A stretch of DNA of 64,000 nt from positions 782 to 64,781 of the forward strand of contig DHHR01000064.1 of assembly GCA_002403385.1 (NCBI GenBank), in the 5' to 3' direction. A program made the position numbers and the translations under genes. This document shows, piece by piece, positions 58,301-64,000 of the stretch (within the stretch, counting starts at the first letter, position 1; every line of letters starts with the position of its first letter). The stretch is from Syntrophaceae bacterium UBA4767 (GTDB taxonomy: Bacteria; Desulfobacterota; Syntrophia; Syntrophales; UBA4767). A model generated the notes under the pieces. That model had not been told where the DNA came from and did not search any database. It worked only from the letters and a program-made list of their open reading frames with translations.

Positions 58301-58986
58301 ATTTTACGGAAACGAATCAAAGTGCCCTGGAATCATTGGTGGCGGAAAAGCTTGCAGAATACGGCTTCGAGGCGAAATGGCTGGAGGCTATTGTAGAGAT
58401 GCTGAAAAACGTCATTCATACTCCGATTGACAGGCAGGACAAGCTCTTTACCTTGTCCGCCATTCCCCCTTCCGACCGCGTCAACGAGCTTGAATTTTAT
58501 TTTCCCGTGGAGGGTTTCTCAGGGCGCCTTTTACGGCAGATGTTGGATGATCATGGGCTCAGCTGGTTTCCAAAGGATATGCCGGCAACTAAGCGTTTAT
58601 TCTTTGATCCTCTCAGGGGATTTATGAAGGGTTTTATCGATATGTTCTTTCAATACAAAGATCGTTATTATCTGATCGATTGGAAATCAAACGATCTGGG
58701 AGACCAAAGGGAAGATTACGATCAGACGGCTCTCCGCTCGGTCATGAAGGATTCTTTTTATCTTTTCCAGTCTTTTCTTTATACGGTTGCCCTCCACCAG
58801 TATCTGAAGCTGCGTGTTGCCGGTTATCGTTATGACACTCATTTCGGGGGGGCATACTATCTTTTTCTCAGGGGTATAAGACCTGATTGGGGACCGGAGA
58901 TTGGAGTTTACTGCGATAAGCCGCCTTCGGAACTCATCGACGCATTTTGCCTGCAATTCATCAAAAAATGCGATTTTGCCTTATGA
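55342..58986 (+). CDS. recB: Exodeoxyribonuclease V beta subunit
   Basis: UvrD-type helicase 'EASAGTGKTYTI' and a C-terminal PD-(D/E)xK nuclease 'YYLIDWKSN'. Confidence 0.9.
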   Translation: MKDFDLIAAPLTGTNLIEASAGTGKTYTIAGLFVRLVVEKALFVSEILVVTYTVAATEELKNRIRRKLREALVAFSSGKAEDHFLQGLLEKYPNYAQRSIVRERIAMAIRNFDEAAIYTIHGFCRRTLQKSAFESGFLFDTHLITDQQKFKEEIVHDFWRRHFYETIPELVGYALAQGYSPAYLLKLTGREFSHPDIRVIPEEPLPSLQSIRSMVDKFNEEFMKLRRVWAQAREEVRKRLQSPALKANIYGDRVEALMVFMDHFVASETPFLSIFSDFEKFTPSKIASSVRKNCTLPEHTVFRICDNLRNREKEAKAQMDRYLLGLKAKLIGILRVELPALKQKRNVLFYDDLLLKLKTALEKNGGASLVQAIRGKYKAALIDEFQDTDSLQYAIFHTIFGLGKESGSILFLIGDPKQSIYAFRGADLFAYIKAAYQADNKYTLRQNWRSVSDLVEAINIIFSCAARPFVHEEISFFSTQTAKNRPELPALTIDGRKEAPFRWWFVPAGTYSTQGRPLAKEQAAELIVKAVAARIARLVSLGKEQRAFIGPAPLAERDIAVLVRTNRQARQVEKALKELKIPCVLYNTENLFDSREAYEVQQLLTGIAYPADERRFKAALITSLLGINGNALERLEEDENQWEEWLRKFNFYHDLWLSRGFIVMFKTLMDRQDVRARLLSLPDGERRLTNALHLAEVLHQEAATEGLGMSGLLKWLEKQRNPETPRKEEHQLRLESDDDAVRISTIHKSKGLEYPIVFCPFSWEGSRIGKDSLLTFHDPQNDDRLTCDLGSPDWQAHKKWAEKELLAENIRLLYVALTRAKCCCYFVWGRFNDSETSAPAYLLHTGGLIEHSLDEIANRVKSLSDEDMYNKIAALAARGETKMNLSELPVSAEHTYIPRHTAGKVLHCRQFQGSIDRLWQVMSFSSLVSSHPQRADIPDLDAMENTQAAEYRKVSEKKPLDLGPGVFTLPGGVRTGSLLHDILEHLDFTETNQSALESLVAEKLAEYGFEAKWLEAIVEMLKNVIHTPIDRQDKLFTLSAIPPSDRVNELEFYFPVEGFSGRLLRQMLDDHGLSWFPKDMPATKRLFFDPLRGFMKGFIDMFFQYKDRYYLIDWKSNDLGDQREDYDQTALRSVMKDSFYLFQSFLYTVALHQYLKLRVAGYRYDTHFGGAYYLFLRGIRPDWGPEIGVYCDKPPSELIDAFCLQFIKKCDFAL

Positions 58987-60950
58987 GCACTTTTGAAAAT
59001 AGGCTTGGAATGCCATACGAAGAAATTATCGGCAATGATTTCAATGAGCAAATATTTTCCGAACTTGACTTACAGTTTGCACGCCTGATGGTCAGGTTGG
59101 CTGCTCATGCAAACCGAAATGAAGCCCGCAGGATCTTTTTTGCCGCCGCGTCCGTCAGCAGATGGACGGGAGAGGGAAATGTATGCCTGTGCCTCCCCCG
59201 TCTTATAAAGGAATTCGAGGGGAAAGAACAAGCGGCGGATTTTTCCAGAACGACCGATTTTACGGACTGGCGGCAGACGCTTGAAAACAGTGGTGTTGTG
59301 GGAAAACCGGGAGATTTTAAGCCCATTATCTTGGACGAGGGGCTTCGACTTTATCTATACCGTTACTGGGAATACGAAAAGAAACTGATTGATTTTATCC
59401 AAAACCGTTTGAATCCGAAGAAAATTTGCCTCGGGCAGGAAGAACTCGCGCTGGATAAGCCGCTACTGCAAGATACGCTGAAACGACTCTTTCCCCGGCA
59501 GGAAGCCGAATATGTGGATTGGGGAAAGATAGCCGTTACGGCGGCGGTTTTAAATCCTTTTTGCGTTATTTCCGGAAGCCCCGGGACAGGAAAAACAACA
59601 ACGATCGCAAAACTTCTGATAGCTCTTCTGGAGCAGGGGAAGGGCAGAACCTTGCGCATTTCCCTTGCGGCTCCCACAGGGAAAGCGGCTATCCGCCTTC
59701 AGGAGGCCGTCAAGAAAAATCGGGATTTGTGGGACTGCGCCGATGGGCTGAAAGCGGCTATTCCGGAGTCGGCCACAACGATCCACCGGCTCCTCGGCAG
59801 TATCCAAGGCTCACCCTATTTCCGATATAACAGCAGCAGGCTGCTTCCCGAAGATATTATCGTTATTGATGAAGCTTCCATGGTTGATCTCCCTTTGCTT
59901 TCAAAGCTTGTCCAGGCCATGGCTCCACATGCCCGCCTTATCTTAGCGGGAGATAAGGACCAATTGGCTTCGGTGGAGGCCGGAACGGCGCTGGGGGATA
60001 TTTGTGGCAATGGCATCCTGAATCGTTTTTCGGGGGAGTTTATCGAAAAACTGAGGTCCTATTTGGGAGATGATGACCTTTCCCAAATTCCGCAGGGCGT
60101 CAACGCCGGGATGAGCGATTGCATTGTGGAGCTTCAGAAAAATTATCGGTTCGGCAGGAACAGCGGCATAGCGCAGGCAAGCCGCGCCGTAAAACAGGGG
60201 AACGGCAAACAGGCCCTGGCGATCATGAAGTCTAAAAGTTATACGGATATTCAATGGATAGAGCTTACAAATCGAGAAATCTTTTATCGGGAATTGAAAA
60301 ACGACATAGTTCTTGGGTTCCATCGTTATCTAAAGGCCATTGCCCATGGTAAAGCTTTGGTTGAAATTTTTGACGCGTTCGAGGAGTTTCGGATCCTGTG
60401 CGCCTTAAGGGAAGGCCCTTTTGGGGTTGACGCAGTAAATAGCTATGTTGAACGGATACTTTTAAGAGAATCGCTTATCAGGCCCGATGCGAGGTGGTAT
60501 ATCGGTCGCCCTATTATGGTGACGAGAAATGACTATCAATTACATCTGTTCAATGGGGACGTGGGTGTCATCATGCCCGATATGGAGGAAAATGGGCAGC
60601 CGCGCGCATTCTTCCGAGGTGCGGATGGCTATATCAGAAGAATATCACCTCAGCGCTTGCCCCAACATGAAACGGTATATGCTATGACGGTTCATAAAAG
60701 CCAGGGGTCAGAATTTGACAGGGTTTTGCTTATTTTATCCGATTGGGATTCGCCCCTCATAACCCGTGAGTTGATCTATACGGGGATGACCAGAGCAAAA
60801 ACATCTGTCAAGATTGCAGGAAACGAAAAGCTATTCCTTGCTGCCGCCTCCAGGAAAATATCAAGGGTATCAGGATTGCGTGAAGCTCTCTGGTCAGGGG
60901 GATGGGAATCAGAAGATGCTTGCCCAAAAGCCCATAATTATGCTAAATAA
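58983..60950 (+). CDS. recD: Exodeoxyribonuclease V alpha subunit
   Basis: 'GSPGTGKTTT' and 'VHKSQGSEF'. The start is placed at ATG 58983, overlapping the recB stop (ATGA). Confidence 0.9.
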   Translation: MSTFENRLGMPYEEIIGNDFNEQIFSELDLQFARLMVRLAAHANRNEARRIFFAAASVSRWTGEGNVCLCLPRLIKEFEGKEQAADFSRTTDFTDWRQTLENSGVVGKPGDFKPIILDEGLRLYLYRYWEYEKKLIDFIQNRLNPKKICLGQEELALDKPLLQDTLKRLFPRQEAEYVDWGKIAVTAAVLNPFCVISGSPGTGKTTTIAKLLIALLEQGKGRTLRISLAAPTGKAAIRLQEAVKKNRDLWDCADGLKAAIPESATTIHRLLGSIQGSPYFRYNSSRLLPEDIIVIDEASMVDLPLLSKLVQAMAPHARLILAGDKDQLASVEAGTALGDICGNGILNRFSGEFIEKLRSYLGDDDLSQIPQGVNAGMSDCIVELQKNYRFGRNSGIAQASRAVKQGNGKQALAIMKSKSYTDIQWIELTNREIFYRELKNDIVLGFHRYLKAIAHGKALVEIFDAFEEFRILCALREGPFGVDAVNSYVERILLRESLIRPDARWYIGRPIMVTRNDYQLHLFNGDVGVIMPDMEENGQPRAFFRGADGYIRRISPQRLPQHETVYAMTVHKSQGSEFDRVLLILSDWDSPLITRELIYTGMTRAKTSVKIAGNEKLFLAAASRKISRVSGLREALWSGGWESEDACPKAHNYAK

Positions 60951-60972
60951 CCAATTTTTAAAAATTCACGAA

Positions 60973-61275
60973 ATGGTATCAAGAATGGATGCACAGAGGC
61001 CATCAGGCGCAGATGCAAAAAAAGATGGGCTTCCCCCGGCAAGGAAGGGTAAAAAATCTAAGGTTCATTACAATCCAGTCATATTCCACGCTTGGTGTAA
61101 GTCCTGCGGGATATGTATAGAATTTTGTCCTAAAAAGGTTATCGGTAAGGATGATATGGGAGCGCCGCTGGTTGAAAGGCCGGATGATTGTATCGGTTGC
61201 CGCTTTTGCGAATTGCATTGCCCCGATTTCGCGATTACCATAAAAGAACGTAAAGGGGAAGGTGATGCGTTATGA
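60973..61275 (+). CDS. korD: 2-oxoacid:ferredoxin oxidoreductase delta (ferredoxin) subunit
   Basis: 'CKSCGICIEFCP' and 'CIGCRFCELHCP'. The start is trimmed to ATG 60973, downstream of the recD stop. Confidence 0.8.
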   Translation: MVSRMDAQRPSGADAKKDGLPPARKGKKSKVHYNPVIFHAWCKSCGICIEFCPKKVIGKDDMGAPLVERPDDCIGCRFCELHCPDFAITIKERKGEGDAL

Positions 61276-62417
61276 GCGCTTTCGGTTCCGATAAGAAAAG
61301 AGTTCTCCTCCAGGGAAATGAAGCAATTGTTGAAGGCGCTATCGCAGCGGGCTGCCGCTTTTTTGCGGGATATCCCATAACCCCGGCATCGGAGATCAGC
61401 GAGCGGATGTCTAGGCGATTACCGCAATTAGATGGAACATTTATTCAGATGGAAGATGAAATCGCCGGCATGGGGGCGGTTATCGGCGCTTCATTGGCCG
61501 GGGTAAAGAGTATGACAGCCACCAGCGGTCCCGGATTTTCTCTCATGCAGGAGAATCTGGGTTTTGCATGCATGGCGGAAGTTCCCTGCGTAGTGGTTAA
61601 TGTCATGCGCGGCGGTCCCAGCACAGGCCTGCCGACGAATCCCTCGCAGGGAGACGTAATGCAAGCGCGCTGGGGCACACACGGGGATCATCCTGTTATT
61701 GTTTTGGCTGTTTCGACGGTCTTGGATTGTTTCCAAATAACCGTTGAGGCTTTCAACATGTCAGAAAAATACAGGGTTCCGGTAGTTATCCTTTCCGATG
61801 AGATTGTCGCGCATACACGGGAGGTGGTAACTCTACCGTCGGTAGGTGAATTTGAAGCGTATAATCGCGTTTCGCCTAAAATGCCGCCTGAATGGTATAT
61901 ACCTTATGCGGATAATTCCATGGGTGTTCCCCCGATGGCGGCTTTTGGAGAGGGCTATCACCATCATGTTACAGGGCTTATGCACGATGTGCGAGGGTTT
62001 CCCACCCAGAGGCCGGATGAAATCGAAGCTCTGGTTGGACGTCTATTTAGAAAGATAACGCAGGGGTTTCATGAAATTCAAAAGGTGGAAACATTCATGA
62101 TGGATGACGCTGAGGTGGCTGTTATTGCCTATGGAAGCGTGTCGCGTTCGGCGCGGCGTGCGGTTCTTGATGCGCGTCGGCAAGGACTGAAAGCTGGTCT
62201 TTTAAAATTGATCACCTTGTTCCCTTTTCCCAGACATTCCGTTGAAGAGGCGCTGCAAAAGTGTCGGGTGGCGCTGGTTCCCGAAATGAACATGGGGCAG
62301 ATTAGCCGGGAGGTCAAACGGGTCAACCAGACAGTTTCCATTGTAAAGAAGTACAACCGCGTTGATGGTCAGTTGATTACGCCACAGGAAATTTATCAGC
62401 AGCTGATAAAAATTTAG
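61272..62417 (+). CDS. korA: 2-oxoglutarate:ferredoxin oxidoreductase alpha subunit
   Basis: 381 aa with 'GNEAIVEGAIAAGCRFFAGYPITPASE'. Confidence 0.9.
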   Translation: MSAFGSDKKRVLLQGNEAIVEGAIAAGCRFFAGYPITPASEISERMSRRLPQLDGTFIQMEDEIAGMGAVIGASLAGVKSMTATSGPGFSLMQENLGFACMAEVPCVVVNVMRGGPSTGLPTNPSQGDVMQARWGTHGDHPVIVLAVSTVLDCFQITVEAFNMSEKYRVPVVILSDEIVAHTREVVTLPSVGEFEAYNRVSPKMPPEWYIPYADNSMGVPPMAAFGEGYHHHVTGLMHDVRGFPTQRPDEIEALVGRLFRKITQGFHEIQKVETFMMDDAEVAVIAYGSVSRSARRAVLDARRQGLKAGLLKLITLFPFPRHSVEEALQKCRVALVPEMNMGQISREVKRVNQTVSIVKKYNRVDGQLITPQEIYQQLIKI

Positions 62418-62452
62418 GAGTTGTCTGTTGTTGAAACAGTCAGGAGAGATGA

Positions 62453-63301
62453 ATGCCTCAAGAAGTTGCAGAGATAGTGCGTAAATACTTGCGACATGAC
62501 AAAAAATTTCCTCATATCTGGTGTGCGGGGTGCGGCAATGGGATCGTTTTAGGTTCCCTTATTCGGGCCATAGACCTCTCAGGAGTGGAGAAGGATAATA
62601 TCGTGCTCGTGTCGGGTATAGGCTGTTCCGGCCGCATAACCGTATATGTGGATTTGAATACCCTGCATGTTACGCACGGCCGGGCACTATCTTTTGCGAC
62701 GGGAATCAAACTGGCAAAAGATTCGTTGAAGGTAATCGTCGTCATGGGAGACGGAGATGCCACCGCCATCGGGGGCAATCATTTCATTCATGCCGCCAGA
62801 CGGAATATGGATTTGACGGCAATTATTATCAATAACCAGATTTACGGTATGACCGGCGGCCAATATTCACCGACTACACCTTATGACAGCAAAACAACGA
62901 CCAGCCCCTACGGGCATATTGAGAACACCTTTTCCATATCTGAATTGGCCATCGCTGCAGGCGCCTCCTTCGTGGCGCGTGGAACCGTTTATCATACCCA
63001 GCTACTGGATGATGCAATCAGGCTTGCCATCCTTAAAAAAGGGTTCAGCGTTGTGGAGATTCTGTCAAATTGTCATACCCACTATGGGAAACTAAACGGG
63101 ATGGAAACCCCTGTCGCGGCTATGCGTTGGTTCAGGGATCATGTCGCGGTGGTAGGCAAGGAAGGGGCTCTGCCGCCGGGAAGATCAGCAGAGACAGATG
63201 AAAAAATCAGGATAGGTGTTCTGAAAAATGTAGAGAAACCAGTATACTCGGAAGAATATCAGAAGGTTCGTGACCATGCGAAGAACAGTCTTAGCAGTTA
63301 A
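62453..63301 (+). CDS. korB: 2-oxoglutarate:ferredoxin oxidoreductase beta (TPP-binding) subunit
   Basis: 'WCAGCGNG' and 'GDGDATAIGGNH'. Confidence 0.9.
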   Translation: MPQEVAEIVRKYLRHDKKFPHIWCAGCGNGIVLGSLIRAIDLSGVEKDNIVLVSGIGCSGRITVYVDLNTLHVTHGRALSFATGIKLAKDSLKVIVVMGDGDATAIGGNHFIHAARRNMDLTAIIINNQIYGMTGGQYSPTTPYDSKTTTSPYGHIENTFSISELAIAAGASFVARGTVYHTQLLDDAIRLAILKKGFSVVEILSNCHTHYGKLNGMETPVAAMRWFRDHVAVVGKEGALPPGRSAETDEKIRIGVLKNVEKPVYSEEYQKVRDHAKNSLSS

Positions 63302-63377
63302 GTAGCCTTAGATTTGCCTGTAAAAATTATCTGGTTCGTTCATCTGAAGTTTTTCAGTTGTAAGTTGTAGGTTGGTG

Positions 63378-63965
63378 ATGGAGAAAAAAGACGACCGTTA
63401 TGAGATTTGCTTCTGTGGTTCCGGAGGGCAGGGGATCATTACAGCCGCTGTGATTCTGGCGGAGGCCGCAGGTGTATATGATATGAAATTTGTATGTCAG
63501 ACTCAGAGTTACGGGCCTGAATCCAGGGGCGGCGCCTGTAAGTCGGAAGTTGTTATCAGCGCTGGAGAAATTGATTATCCGAAGATTTTGCAGCCGGATA
63601 TTCTTCTGGCCATGAATCAGTCGTGTTGTGATCTTTATTTCTTGAATCTTAAACCCAAAGGATTGTTGGTCGTCGATGCTACCATGGTAACCCAGATACC
63701 GACACCCAGGGCGGTTGCGGTTCCGTTTACTAAAATTGCAAGAAATGAGATAGGCAAGGAAGTGGCTGCCAATATTGTCGCACTGGGCGCTGTTGTGCAG
63801 TTGTGTCAGATCGTCTCCGTCGGCAATTTGGAGAAGGCCCTGCTTGCCAGAGCGCCGAAGGGAACAGCAGATGTCAATTTGCAGGCGCTGCATGCAGGCA
63901 TGGAAGCCGCCAAGCAATATGATTTGAATACCCTGCCCCATGTTGTCATGGAAGAAGAGGAATAG
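63378..63965 (+). CDS. korC: 2-oxoglutarate:ferredoxin oxidoreductase gamma subunit
   Basis: 'ICFCGSGGQGIITAA'. ATG 63378 is preferred; TTG 63372 is an alternative start. Confidence 0.85.
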   Translation: MEKKDDRYEICFCGSGGQGIITAAVILAEAAGVYDMKFVCQTQSYGPESRGGACKSEVVISAGEIDYPKILQPDILLAMNQSCCDLYFLNLKPKGLLVVDATMVTQIPTPRAVAVPFTKIARNEIGKEVAANIVALGAVVQLCQIVSVGNLEKALLARAPKGTADVNLQALHAGMEAAKQYDLNTLPHVVMEEEE

Positions 63966-64000
63966 CCAATCGTCGTCCCGCAGTAGATCACCATAGACAG

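Overview
This is a 64-kb chromosomal segment. Gene content suggests an anaerobic Desulfobacterota or Syntrophia-like bacterium; that assignment is inference only. The supporting genes are a NifA-type sigma54 activator, korDABC, hypAB, an archaeal-type split glutamate synthase, a type III glutamine synthetase and PurS-like/PurL plus PurQ.

Most of the window is housekeeping:
- radC and a deoxyhypusine-synthase-like gene
- xseA-xseB-ispA-dxs-tlyA
- an ispH fusion gene
- nfu, a ferredoxin, tmk-holB-PSP1-metG and a radical SAM gene
- a long minus-strand run: purL-purQ, a GGR-family reductase, plsC, a 5'-nucleotidase C-terminal fragment and a small ORF
- mdh, dedA and hypAB
- hflX
- a sigma54-controlled nitrogen-assimilation operon (three split GOGAT genes plus glnN)
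- carA-carB-purF
- recC-recB-recD
- korDABC

Accessory or unusual content:
- a type II restriction-modification pair (23.97-25.57 kb)
- two small non-autonomous (MITE-like) element families, with terminal inverted repeats and target-site duplications readable directly in the sequence
- a frameshifted and truncated HlyD-family remnant
- a possible transposase relic
- a 174-nt long-hairpin RNA candidate that resembles 6S RNA
- a one-base frame break at the 5' end of hflX

I found no rRNA, tRNA, CRISPR array or prophage. I see no clear-cut, self-contained novel system. The best candidates for new biology are the IspH::UbiA-like fusion, the unusually fused split-GOGAT/GlnN operon with its own bEBP and repeat sites, and the 6S-like RNA. 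All functional calls rest on motifs read by eye and on family knowledge; no database search was run.
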